This document shows positions 26,545-39,632 of a stretch of 64,000 bases of DNA, piece after piece. Both the position numbers and the translations under genes were made by a program. The DNA lies in NCBI GenBank assembly GCA_024137785.1, contig JAHRHZ010000107.1, forward strand, positions 1-64,000, given 5' to 3'. The stretch is from Ginglymostoma cirratum. Its lineage: Eukaryota. Position 1 is the first letter of the stretch, and every line of letters begins with the position of its first letter. The notes below the pieces were generated by a model, which saw only the letters and a program-made list of their open reading frames with translations, had not been told where the DNA came from and made no database searches.

Positions 26545-29290
26545 AAACTTTTAGCTATAAACATTATCCCGGTTCTGAACACCCCATTATCATAACATTC
26601 TTCCCGCATCTAACCTGTTTCGTCCTGCGATATTTTTATAGATTTGTATGACAGCCCTACTCATTCTTCTGAACGCTCGTGAATACAATCCTAAACAACG
26701 CAAACTTTCCTCACATGTCAAGTCATGCCATTTCAGGAATAAGTTTGATCAAACTTTGTTGCACTCGCTATCTCGCAAGAAAATCCATTCTTAGATTAGA
26801 GGATGAAAATTGCACACGTGCATCCTTATCAGTGCTTTGCATAATTTCTTCAAAACTTTCTCGTTCATTCATTCGAATCCTCTGACTATAAAGGCCAAAC
26901 TACAGTTTGTATTCCTTATTGTCAGCTGCACCGGCATGCTTACTTTCAGTGACTGGTACACGAGGGCACCCAGATCTCAGAGAACATTTCTTTCTCTGCC
27001 TTCTTATTTTTCCAACCAAAGTGAATAAGCTCAAATACGTCCACATTATACTGGATCTGCCATGCATTTTCCACTCATTCCGCCTATCCACATCACCATG
27101 CAACATGTCTGAATCCTTCTCACAGCTCACACTGCGACTCAGTTTTGCGTTATCTGGAAAATGTGAGGTGTTATGTTTAGTTCCCTCATCTAAATCATTA
27201 ATTATATCGTTAATAGAAGGATCATCGTCGCAAACATTGTGGTATCTCATGAGTCACCAACTGCAATTCGGAAAATAAATCCATGGATCCCTACTCTTTG
27301 TTTTCTGCATGCTAACCATGTTTCTATCTATTTCAATACTCTGAACTCAATCCCATGTGTTTTGATATTAAACATCAATCTCTTGTGTGAAACTTTATTA
27401 AAAGCCTTCTGGAAGTTCAAATTAACTACATTCACTGGCTCCCCCAATCAACTTTACAAGTGACATCCTCGAAGAGTTCTCGTAAATTTCTCAAGCGTGA
27501 TTTCCCTTTCGTAAATCCATCTTGACCATGTTTGATTCTGCCACTACTTTCTTAGTGATCTCTCATACAATCATTGATAGCAGAGGCTAGCACCTACCTC
27601 AATAATGACACCAGAGTCAATGGTCTATGATAGCATGTTGTCTCTCTATAATTTTTAAATAGCTTGGTTACACGAGCTACCACCCAATTTGTCGAAACTA
27701 TTCCAAGAGTTTCCAGAATGTTTGATAGTGAAGATGCTATTGGGATAACATCCCATTGATTTCTATATTCTCTATCAATTAATGCTCTTTATCTGCTTCC
27801 GCAGAGGTATGCAGGCATTGCCTTAAAACTTCCTGCCCAACTAGAATTAGCTATAAACTTTGTTTATCTTTGTTTTCCTGCACAGGGGTATGGAGAAGCT
27901 GTCTTAAATAAGATTAGGTGGCAACGTTTGTAAAGGTGTGAGACTTCTGAAATCCTGTAAAGAATGTAACTTCTCGTTCTGCTCAAGGGGCCAGGACACT
28001 GACCTTTGTTCAATCCAGACACTTCAGAAGCTTGAAATTACATTCTGTCACTTCGGCAACTTGAAATCGCCTCCTGCCGTTCGCAGACATTGAGAACAAT
28101 CGATACTGTATCCTGCTTTCTTTATGTTTTCGATGTAGTAATTGTTTGTGTGTCTCATGTCATTGTCCGATGTAGTGATTGTCTCATGTAGCATGCCATT
28201 GTGAGATGTAAAATTGCTTTATGTACTATGCACTTGATAAGGTATAAAAAGTGGGGACTGTCCGCTGCTCGGGGAGAATCGCTTACGAGACTCTGCATTC
28301 TGTGCCGGGTTGAGTACAGTGATCATTCACAGCTTGTACTTCCTTTGTAATAAAGGATAGGTGTTTTTCTAAACAGGTCCTGTCTTGTTATTGCATCAAG
28401 TCCGTGAAGTTCTCCAAAAACAAACCTAATATGATGACTACTATTACATCCATTAGTTTCAGGGCCACTTCCTTCAGTACTCTGAGATCTAGATTTCAGG
28501 TCCTTGGGATTTAACAGGCTTCAATCCCATCAATTTGTCCATCACAATTTTCTACAGTTTTTTTTTTTCCTGTCACTGAACACTGTGTTCCTCGTCATCT
28601 CTGATGTGTTATTTGTGACCTCATTTGTGAAGACAGAAGTGAAATACGAATTTAGTTCATCAGTCTTTTTTTTTGGTCTCCATTATAAATTCACCTGTTT
28701 CGATCACAAGAACCTATGTTAGCAATCACTAATCTTTTCTCTCTTCACGTCTATGTAGAATATTTTACCGTTCTTACTTGTGTTCCCTAAAGATTTACTC
28801 TGATACTGTGTTTCCCCTTCTTAATCAATCCTTTTGTCCTCTTTTGCTGACTTCGAAACTGTTCTCAATTCTCTTTTTTTGTATTGTTTTTATTGCTGAT
28901 TAATTTGCGTGGGTATTTTTGCATCTAATAATACCTCTAATTGCACTCAGAAACTCTGGTTTGGTTAATTTTCTATTTGCATTCTTGTGTCAGACAGGAG
29001 TAAACGAATTTTGGAGTTCAGCCATTAACGCTGTGAATGTTTTCCATTTCAACTGACAGTCATTCCTTTCAGTGACATTTCCCAATTCATCACAGCCATC
29101 TCATGCCTCACGACATCATTGGTTCCTTCTTAATATTCACACCCGAGTCACAGAATCAACGATCTCACTCCCTATCTTGATGAATTCTATTATGTTAGAG
29201 TCATCAAACCCCAAGGGTTTTGCCCAGCTACATTACAAATTATTCCTATCCTATTGTACAATACAGTCTAGGTGTACTGTTTTCTGATTC
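26545..29290 (-). mobile_element. CR1-clade LINE remnant with a solo LTR inserted at 27723-28431
   Basis: INDLDEGTKHNTSHFPDNAKL (RT); aaagccttctggaagttcaaa (reverse of DFQKAF). Host sequence is contiguous across the LTR. Confidence 0.75.
27723..28431 (+). mobile_element. Solo LTR (ERV/LTR retroelement), copy 1
   Basis: TGATAG...CTAATA ends (consensus TGTTAG...CTAACA), TATAAAA 28243-28249, AATAAA 28349-28354. Highly similar inverted copy at 29704-30493. Confidence 0.8.
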
Positions 29291-29479
29291 TTTCAGATGT
29301 CATGTCTGAAATAAGATATATATTTAAGACTGACAAGAGACACGGTAATGATCTCAGTCAGCGACTGTTTGAGTTATTAGATCATTGGATTGGCTGTTCC
29401 AATGAATAGAGAGAGGTGTCATAGTAACGATGATTCCAGAGAGATGAACACCTCCCAGCATTCTATTGTTGAGGCTTGC

Positions 29480-31590
29480 ACAGAATCAGAGGCTTGTCAT
29501 GACGGAGAAGGGGGTCATTCAGCGCAGTGTGCCTTTTCCAATTCTTCAAACCAGCATAATTATCTAGTGGCACGCTCTTGTCTTTTCCTCCAATAACTGT
29601 ACACGATTTCTATCCAAATTTGATGATTAATCCAATGCTTCTTTGAACACCTCAGTTGAACCTGACTCCATTGCTCTCTCAAGCAATGCTTTCTAGACCC
29701 TCATGTTAGATTCGTTTTTGGAGACCCTCACGGACTTGATGCAATAACAAGACAGAACCTGTTTAGAAAAACACAAATCCTTTATTACAAAGGAAGTACA
29801 AGCTGTGAAGGATCACTGTACTCAACCCGGCACAGAGTGCAGAGCCTCTTAAGCGATTCTCCCCTAGCAGTGGACAGTCCCCACTTTTTATACCTTATCG
29901 AGTGCATAACACGGAAAGCAATTTTACATCTCACAACGGCATGTTACATGAAACAATCACTACATCGGACGATGACATGATAACACAAACAATTACTACA
30001 TCGAAAACATAAAGAAAGCAGAATACAGTTTCGATTGCTCGCAAACTGACTGCTAACGGCAGGAGGCGATTTCAAGTTGCCAAAGTGACAGAATGTAATT
30101 TCAAGCTTCCGAAGTGTCTTGCTTGAACAAAGGTCAATGTCCTGGCCCCTTTAGCAGAAACAGAAGTTACATTCTTTACAGGATCTCAGAAGTCTCGGAC
30201 CTTTACAAACATTACCACCTAATCTTATTTGAGACAGATTCTACTTACCCCTGGGGAGGAAAATAAAGACTTACAAAGTTTATACCAAATTCTAGTTTGG
30301 CAGGAAGCTGAAGGGAGTGTCTTTTATACTTATGTTTAGGAAGATAAGGATTTACAAAGTTTTACACCTAATTCTAGTTGGGCAGGAAGTTTTAAGGCAG
30401 TGCCTGCATACCTCTGTGTAAGCAGATAACGAGCATTAATTGATAGAGAATATAGAAATCAATGGGATGTTATCCCAATAACATCTCACTAAATGCTTGA
30501 TGTGTGAAATGTTGTTTTCCTCACATTATCCTTGCTTCTTTTGCACATTGATTTAAATCTGTGCCCCCTTCGTTCTTGTTTTTTTTATGACAAGGAACGC
30601 TTTCTCACAATGTACTCAACCCAGCACACCGATTATTTTGAAAACCTCTATCAAAATTTCTGTCAGCATTCTTCTCTCCAAGGAGGACAGTCTCAATGTC
30701 TTCAGTTTATCGTCGTGACTGAAGTTTTGAATTCCTGGAAACATCCATATAAATCGCTTTTGCTTTCCCTCTAAAGCATTTGCATTTTTCCTGTAATATG
30801 ACACCCACAACTTCTCATGATACCCCAGCTCGCAAAAAAGTGATGCAAGGTAAAATACAACATCACCTTTTTACCCTTGCATTCGAAGCTCCTGTCAATA
30901 AATCTGAGGGCACTGCATGCTTGATTAACTATTCTTTCCACTTGTACTGCCATCTTCAATGATGTGTGCACATTTGCATTCTGTTCTGTCTGCTCCTGTA
31001 ACACTTATTTTATGTTGTCTTTCAATGTCATTCCTCTAAACTGCATTTAGATCACAGATATCTGCATTTCAATCTCATAGCCTACCTATCCACCCATTCC
31101 TCAAACTTTCGTAGGTACACACTGCACTGCTTATAACTTCCAATCCCTTCACTGTTGTGCCATCTGCAAACTTTGAAATTGCTCCTTCTAAGCCAAATCC
31201 AAATCATGAATATATATTTGAAAAAGCAAGAGTCCCAATACTGAGCACTGAGAAACTCCACTATAAGCATTCCGCTGATGCCAGTAATATCACTCGACCA
31301 ATGTTCTTTGCTTCCTATCACTGAGCCAATCCGAGTTGTTCCTCTCCCTTTTATACCATAATCTATAACTTTCCACACTAAGCCGTTGTGCAGCACTGCT
31401 TCAAAGGCTTTCTGCAAGTCAACATATTCCACATCAGCAGTGTTACCCTCGTCAAGCACTCCGGTACTCCTGCAAAAAAAAAAAATTGTAGAAACGCACC
31501 GAAACACGATTTCGCCTTTAGAAATTCAGTTGACTCTACCTAATGCATTTGAACACGCAACCTTCCTGGCATGGGGTAATTGAATATGTT
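29480..31590 (-). mobile_element. CR1-clade LINE remnant with a solo LTR inserted at 29704-30493
   Basis: LDEGNTADVEYVDLQKAFEAVLHNGLVWK and YRKNANALEGKQKRFIWMFPG peptides. Confidence 0.75.
29704..30493 (-). mobile_element. Solo LTR, copy 2 (inverted relative to copy 1), with an ~81-bp U3 tandem duplication
   Basis: Reverse complement of 27723-28431. TGTTAG at 29704; minus-strand TATA at 29886-29892 and AATAAA at 29781-29786. Confidence 0.8.
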
Positions 31591-32834
31591 TCTCAAGAAC
31601 ACATTTGAAATGTAATGATAGTGACAAATGCATTGCGTCTAACAAAGTGTCAGGGCTTGACATTCTTGAAGAAACCGAGAGGGAACTGAGAACTGCAGTG
31701 CTCATCCACACGGACACCTATATCTGAAAAAAAAGTGCTGTTGCTCACTCTGTTTAAAACCTCAGTGATAAATTGCTCCTGGAATTTACCGTTGTGGGAT
31801 CAGCGTGCGTCAGAATTAATTTTTGGAAAGGCTTTTTTTCTGACGTTTTAAAATACTCACTTTCCTATCTGTCAAAATTACCAAACAAAAGACATGCTGC
31901 ATCAAAGACCTCATACTGACACTGCCTATTGTTGAAAGATGGATATCTCCATCGAATCATTTCAACCAACGGCATTTAAAATACCCCATAAGTAGAAACA
32001 AATTTAGTGGAAATGTCATGTGCGAAATGCCGTTGTGTTGAATGAGACAGCAGTGCAGTCAAGACATTAATATGCATATACTACATCTATGTTGCTAATT
32101 TAGAGCAACATTTGATCTGACCGTCAACTTCATGACTTCACAGCTCCCAGGTTCTTTCACGACATTTCAAGAAGTCAAGCAAGGAATTCCGAGATCAAGA
32201 AGGGGCCATGAAAGATATTGTCAAGTACAGGAAAAGAGAATCCCAAGTCATTCTCTGTGTACTTTCGAGACGAGAGGAGAACGAGGGAGAAGGTAGGAAC
32301 ACGCAAGGATAAAGGAGGGAAGTTATGCTTGGAGGCAGAAGATGTGGGCGAGATCCTGAATTAATACTTTGTGTCATATTCAGCCAAGAGAAGGATATGC
32401 AGGATAGTGAGACTAGTTTGATACATATTAATAAGCCAGGGCACTTTGAGATTGTTTGGACAAAATCAGATCCTCTCAATATTGTTAAGAAAAATTTTTA
32501 GCTGAGCCTCTAACATTTCTTTCAAAGCTACATGTGAAGTTCTGTGTTCCAGATGCAATGTAATTGGTCAGACTACTCAACGTTAAGCAAAGAATGATTT
32601 TTTAAAACACTATAGTTAACATACAAACATTAAAGGAGGAATTTTCAATACCTTAACGACTGGAAGACTTTACCGAATACCAGATTTAGTATCCATTACT
32701 AAGTAACTGTTCAAAAATCGTAACATGTCATTAACTCACCACCTGGCAAACAGGCAAATTATACACAGATTCTCACATGCAGTTCTCCAATCCAGGAGGC
32801 AAAATCATCCGGAAAAATTCAAACAGTGCAACAG

Positions 32835-33531
32835 CCAGGAGACGTTGTGGCCTCCTCGACATCGGGGAAAACAAGTGGAGACTTGCGGACTGCTTTGCAG
32901 AACCCTTATGCTCGGTTCGCAATAAACAACTGCACCTCCCAGTCGTGAACCATTTCAAATCCCCCTCCCATTCCTCATACGACATGTCCATTCTGGGCCT
33001 CCTGCAGTGCCACAACGATGCTACTCGAAGTTTGCAAGAACAGCATCTCACATTCCGCTTGGGAACCCTGCAGCCCAATGGTATCAATGTGGACTCCACA
33101 AGCTTCAAAATATCCCCTCCCCCTACCGCTTCCCAAAACCAGCCCAGCATGTGCCCGCCTTCCTATCCTGTCCATTTTTCCACCTATACCCTCCTCCCAC
33201 CTCAAGCCCCACCCCCATCTACGACCTGTTAACCTCATCCCACCTCTTTGCCCTCTCCGTCCTCCCTGGACTGACCAATCTCCTCCCTAACTCTCCACCT
33301 ACATTCACCCTTACTGGCTACATCCCCGCCTCTTTACCCTGTCTTTCTCCTCTCCACCTATCTTCTCCTCTATCCATCTTCAATAAGCCTCCCCCTCTCT
33401 CCCTATTTATTTCAGAACCCCCTTCCCCTCCCCCATTTCTGAAAAAGCGTCTAGGCCCAAAACGTCAGCCTTCCCGTTTCTCTGATGCTGCTTGGCCTGC
33501 TGTGTTAACCCAGCTCTACACCTTGGTGTCT
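32835..33531 (+). mobile_element. Penelope-like retroelement 3' part
   Basis: RCGLLDIGENKWRLADCFAEPLCSVRNKQLHLPVVNHF..LQEQHLTFRLGTLQPNGINVD (GIY-YIG C-terminal half); same terminus as the 6.5 kb copy. Confidence 0.82.
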
Positions 33532-35155
33532 CGGGTTTGGATAGTGCCTGTTTAGCAAACTATTTCCCCCGAAGGTAACAGACAACGGTTCAAATGCTCA
33601 GCAGCTTCTTTGGAGAGAAAAAGAGCTCATTTTTAAGACCTCTGTGGTTTGTTAAAGTTGAGATGGTCCAAAATGGTAAATAGGGTCTTTCACACAAATA
33701 TATTCAAACAATTTTTTAAAGTTATTTATTAATATCTACCCACAGATAGGCACCACTGTTTGTTTTATGCTGGAATCCAAAACACTGATATTTCAATTTC
33801 AGTTTGGAACAGATCTCAGTTTGACACCAATCTCAGGTCCGGAAACTCAATTCCAGCATTTCCCGTTGTTCTTCCTGAATCTAAACGCAATTGTAAAGGA
33901 AAAAAAAAACACAGAAAATACTGGAGAAACTCAATAGGTCTAACAGCATCTTAGACTTCTGCAGACGAGTCATACTGGATTTGAAACGTTATCTCTGCTT
34001 CTGTCCACACAGATTCTGTCAGTTAACATTTCCATTATCGTAATCCCTTTTGAATGAAAAGCTTGGCAGTTTTAATGCTGCAGCTGACACTCCAAGAATG
34101 AAACTGCAACTGAACATCTGCAACTGGGTACACCACCAATTGCAAATACCCCTCCAAGTCACTCACCATTCTGACTTGGAAATTTGTTGTTATTTCTTTA
34201 ATATTGCTGGGCCAAAATATTGGAGGTCTCTCCCTAACAGCGTTGTGAATCTAACGAAAACACGTTGATTGCTCTGGTTCAAGAAGGTAGCTCACTCCCG
34301 TCTTCTCAAGGGACAACTAGGGTGGGCATTAAACGCTGGACCTTGCCATCAATGCCCATGTCTCATGATGTGAAAGGCTCCCCTCAGTGTTGTGGCCACA
34401 TGAGCACTGTCAAAACCAACAATAACATTGGAGGTGAACACTGATGAAAACAGTCTCCGTCTTCTTCGATTCTGACAAAAGAACACAGTCACTGCAACTA
34501 CAATTTGAATAGGAAATTAACGCTTGCCTTGCTGCCGATGCACTCCTCTTTTGACCGAATGAAAAAAGCCGGGAACTTGCTTCCAGTTAAAGCATATAAT
34601 AAAGACCAAAGTGTCATTTTCCCTGAACTGTGCAAATTGTAGGTAAGTAAGTCGAAGGAATGAGGGATGAGCTATTCCTACCACCCAGAAGACAAAAAAG
34701 ACAATGTTCTTATTAAAGCTTTGCAAACTGGTGCGCAACCACTGAATGAATTAACTTGTTGTCTTTCTGAGTAATCGACGAAGGCTGGCCACTAAATATT
34801 TATTGTATTAAATGGAAGTCAAGGTTTTTGGAGGACAGTCTGCAACGTGGATTAGGCTCGAATCAGTTAAACCATGATTTTATCACATGGCAGAACAGGT
34901 TCAAAGGGCCAAATGTCCCACTGCTGCTTATATTTCTAATTGTCTTACTTGGGATTACTCAGGTTTCTCTACACAACTGAAGTTTTTGAAATTAAATATG
35001 CAGCACGGAACGGTTACAATATTCCCTAAGAACACAGGAAACAGAATATTGCGTTTACTGATTGTTTTCATAAAAGAGGATGGTGCAGACAAAATCCTTC
35101 TGCATTCAGCTGCCAGGATTCTTGTGACATTTGACATGAATGCGCTTGTTTGTTT

Positions 35156-35175
35156 GTAACACTAGGGGGCGCAGT
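35156..35175 (+). promoter_or_regulatory. Candidate CTCF-binding site
   Basis: GTAACACTAGGGGGCGCAGT closely fits the core CCACYAGRKGGCRS (one mismatch, at the first C) and lies in non-TE sequence. Confidence 0.5.
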
Positions 35176-35899
35176 CCATACACATGCCCAGTTGTGGTCT
35201 CATTTTCGGACTGTCAGCTGGCAGGTCGAAAACTAGCGAAGTGTTCTTTTCATTCGTTCAAGGCACTGTGGGATTCATTAATTAGGCAAATATGTTATTG
35301 CTTATCCTGGGCTGAGCTGCAGACTTTGATCCATTGCAAACTCTGGCCTTGCAGTGACACCCACAGTGCTGTTGTGAAGGTAGGTGAAGTTGGTGGTTGT
35401 AAATAAAAATAAAGAGGACTGAAAGCAAAGAGATTTGATATGGAGAAGTTGCACAACCAAAGCAGGATATATGCTACCTGAGAGCAGGGGAAGTGTGAGT
35501 GAGGTTGATGGAACTTCTGACCAATGTGTTCCAAGTCCGATGTGTTGAGAAAGTTTACGGCAGGAATGGATGATTGCAAATACGAACCCCCTGTTCAAGA
35601 TCATGGAGGGGGTTGCAGCAAACTCCCACATACAGTAATACCAATTGGAACTGTTGTCACGGGCAAAGTTAATTACACTTGGACAAAGTATCAGTTAACA
35701 ACCGGCAGTTTGTGGTGATTTGTTAATGGCTGGGACCTGAATTTCCAATGGCTTTCAACATTCTGTAAAGGCAGGAAGCTAAGAAAATGAAGTGGGTAGA
35801 TTATTATCAGGAAATCCCATTATGGCATCATAAAATTTGCGTTGTAAATTCAAGAGTTATTTTGTCCCAGTTTCATCATGCAGGGCAGAAAACATTTGT

Positions 35900-38450
35900 T
35901 CATACAGCCAGAGAGTCAGACAACATGAAAACAGATGCTTCGGCAAAACTGGTCTATGCCAACCAGGATTCCTAAACTGAACTCGTCCCGTTTGCTTGCG
36001 TTTGGCCCATGTCCATGTAAATCTTTGCTATCCATGTACCTGTCCAAATGTTGTTTAAATGCGTGACTGTATCTGCATCTACCACTTCCTCTGACAGCTC
36101 ATTCTATCTATGCATCACTTTCTGTGCAGAACATTTGTCCCTCAGGTAACTTCGACGTCTTTCTCCTCTCACCTTAAAGCTCTGCACTCTCGATTATGGC
36201 TCTTGAACAGTGGAGAAAAGACCCTGGCTGTTCACTCTCCCGGTGCCCTTCATGATTTTATAATGTGGAGGTGCTGGTGTTGGACTGAGGTGCACAAGAT
36301 CAGAAGTCACACGACACCAGGTTATTGTCCAACAGGTTTATTTGAAATCATGCGCTTTCGGAATACTGTGCCTTCACCAGTGAAGAGATGAAGGGGCAGC
36401 ACTCTAAAAGATTATGATTTCAAATGAACCTGTTGAAGTCTAACCTGGTGTCGTTTGACTTTCGACCATGATTTTATAAACATTTGTAAGGTAACTCTTC
36501 TGCCTCGTACACTCCGGGGGGTAAAAAAAGGTTCCAGCGGATCAAGCCTCTCCTTATAACTCAAACCTTCCCATCTCGGTAATATTCTAATAAATCCTTT
36601 TTTTTTTGCACTTTCCATTCTAATAGCATCCTTACTATTGCAGGGCTACCAGAATTGTATGCAGTACTCCAAACGTGTCCTCATCAATGTTGTGTATAGC
36701 TGTAACATCACATCTCAAACTCCTGTAATATTTGACAGATGAAGGCAACTGTGTCGAATGCCTTCCTCACGAGCCTGTCTACCTGTGACGCCACTTTCAA
36801 GGAACAATGTATCTGCACTCTTAAGTCTCTCTGTTCGTCAATTCCCAGAGTCATACCATTAAGTCCTGCTCTGGTTTGTCTTACCAAAATGCAACAACTC
36901 GCATTTATCTAAATTAAACTGCATCGAAATTGTTCGGCTCAATGGCCCAATTGATCAAGGCCACGTTGTTTTACTCGACATCCTCCTTCACTGTCCATTA
37001 TACCGCCAATTTTCGTGTTGTCCCCACTAACTCACTGAACATGTCATCTATTTTCTCATTGAAGTCATTTACATAAATGACCAATAGCAGTGGATCAATC
37101 ACCGATCCACGACGAATTCCAATGGTCATAGGCTCCTTTCTGAACAACAACCCTCCAACATCAAATTCTAACTCCTACCTTCAAGCCAAATTTGTATCTG
37201 GTTGGATAGCTTTCCCTGCATCCCATGTGATCTTACCATATTATCCAGTCTCCGATGCAGAACCTTGTAAAAGGCCTTTTATCCATGCTGACAACGTCTT
37301 CTGTTCTGTCTTCATCGATCTTCTTGGTCACCTCTTTTTTGATCGCAATCAAATTAGTGACTCAAGATTTCCTACGCTCAAAGCCAAGCCGAGTTTCCAT
37401 AATCAATCCTTGCCTTTCCAAAGGCATGCAGGTCGTATCTCTCAAAACCTCCTCTGATAATTTACCCACCACGCACGCCAGGCTCCGTGATTTATAATTT
37501 CCCAGCTTTTCCTTGCACCCTTTCTGAAATAATGGCCCAACATTAGCAACCCTCCAGTTCGAGCACCTCACCTGTGGTTGTCGATGCCACAAATATCTCT
37601 GCCAGGGGCCCAACAATTTCTTCACTCGATTCCCACAATGTACTGGTATACATCTGATCAGGTTCCAGGCATTTATCTAACTTTGTACCTTTTAAGGCCT
37701 TCAGCACCTCCTCTTCCATGATGTGGGCCCTTTTCAAGACATCAGTAATGATTTTGCCAAATTCCCTCGCTTTCCTGTCTCCATGTGTTTCTGATACGAA
37801 ATATTTGTTTAGGATCACACCCACCTCAAATGGTTCCACACAGAGATGGGGCACTTTCTTTCGGTGTCCTCTTCTCTCCCTAATTACTCTTTTGCCCTCA
37901 ATAGACTTATAAAATCTCTTTGGATTTTGCTTAATCCCAACTGCCCTCCTGTTTTCCCTCTGAAGTATGCTCCCACGCCCACTGTACTCTCAAGGGGTTT
38001 ACTTGATCCCAGATGTCTATATTTGACATATTTCTCTTTCTTTTTCTTGACCAGAGCCTCAATATCTCCAGTTATTCAGTATTCCCTACTCCCGCCACCC
38101 TTGCACTTCACACTAACAGGAATATATTGTCCCTGAACTCTCATTATGCCACTTTTGAAAACCGTCCATTTGCCAGACGCCCCTTTATCTGCGAATTGCC
38201 TCACCAAATTAACTTTTGAAAGTTATATGTCTGATACCATCAAAATTGGCCTTTCCCTGATGTAGAATTTAAACTTGTGGATCAGGTCTACCTTTTCCAT
38301 AACTACCTTACGACGAATACAATTATTATAAACTGGCCCAAAAGTGCTCCTCCACTTACAGCGCTGTCACTTGCCCTGCCTTATTTCCCAACAGGAGGTT
38401 GAATTTTTCCCCTTGTCTGGTACGTCCACCTACGCATTGATTGAGATAAG
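35900..38450 (-). mobile_element. CR1-clade LINE remnant
   Basis: NWRVANVGPLFQKGCKEKLGNYKSRSLACVVGKLSE and KCLEPDQMYTSTLWE peptides; tail at ~35905. Confidence 0.85.
36264..36466. mobile_element. Short hairpin (inverted-pLTR) Penelope-type insertion with a 13-bp TSD
   Basis: CATGATTTTATAA repeated at 36251-36263 and 36467-36479; internal imperfect inverted arms. Confidence 0.65.
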
Positions 38451-38949
38451 ACTTTTTGCTTGGAAAGGAAGTATTGCTGCTCCCATGCCAGTTACATGAG
38501 AGGATAAACAGCAATCCATATGAATCACCCCATTGACACATTTGTGGTTGCACAGAATCAAAGAACTGTGCAGGACAGCGATAGACTCATCTGCAAATTG
38601 TGCACGCTTGCTGGCTACCTGAAAGAGATATTCAAGTAGTAGCCCTTTAGAGTGTTTTCACTGTCGTTGTTTTATTCGTAATCTGCCAATCCCAGTGCAT
38701 TTTAAAAGTCATGAATGCATCTGTATCCAACATTTTTAAGGTAACAGCTACCACGCCCAAACAACTTGTTGTGTCAAACCAAAGCTTGTCGCGTTTTTGT
38801 CGGCGAAAGTTTTAAGGTAATTGTCTTAAATTCAGGCTTAGGTATTGGTAGAGTTGTCAGAGGAACTGCTTTATTCTTATAACCAAGCTATAGTTTTGAA
38901 CTTGTCAGTTCAAACTCCCCTGCAACTAGTTTTCTCAAGACAACAGAAA

Positions 38950-39632
38950 GTGGAGTTGCTGGCAGATCGGATAGTGAGGAAGGTCTTTGATATGCTTGCA
39001 TTTATTGGCCAGGGCATTGTGTTTAGGAGTTGTGAGGACATTTTGTGGTTATAAGAGACATTGGTTCGGGCACTTTTGGAATACTGCACGGAATTCTGAT
39101 CTCTCTGCTGAACGAAGGATGATGTGAAACTTGAAAGGGTTAAGAAAAAAAATTGCAAGGATGTTTCCAGGGTTGAAGGGTTTGTGCTTTTGGGAGAGGC
39201 TGAATAGGCTGGGAGTATTTTCCCTGGAGATTCGGAGGCTAAGGGGTTTCCTTGTAGAGGTTTATAAAATCATGAGGGGCATGTATAGGGCCACGAGATA
39301 AGATCTTTTGTTCCGGGGTGTGGGAATCCACAACAAGACGGCATATATTTAAGATGTGAGGGGAAAGATTTGACAGGAACCTAAGGATCAACTTTTTCAC
39401 ACAGAGTGCTGTACGTGTATGGAACGAGCTGCTAAAGGAAATGGTGGAAGCCGGTACAATTGCAATATTTAAAAGGCCTCTGGAAGGTTTTCTGAAGATG
39501 AAGCGTTTCGAGGAAAATGGGCCCAATGCTGGCAAGTGGGAGTAGACTTATCGAGGATATCTGGTCCGCCAAGACGAGTTGGACGAAAGTGTCTGTTCGG
39601 ATGCTGTGCATGCCTATCACTTTATGACTCTG
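38950..39632 (+). mobile_element. CR1 3' fragment present only in duplicate copy B
   Basis: DRIVRKVFDMLAFIGQGI..; tail tttatgactctgat. Absent at the paralogous site ~22840. Confidence 0.78.

Larger units (their letters stand above)
14820..31900 (+). repeat. Copy A of an old tandem segmental duplication (paralogous to ~34560-42870)
   Basis: Colinear matching blocks: 14861-15850~34596-35225, 19690-20100~35415-35850, 21900-22850~37950-38920, 22850-24930~39640-42300, 31760-31900~42688-42830. Confidence 0.8.

Noticed and set aside
27723-30493. DNA transposon or foldback element with long TIRs, or a provirus
   Set aside because: The arms have LTR anatomy and are inverted, whereas proviral LTRs are direct. 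The spacer is old CR1 DNA contiguous with the outer flanks.
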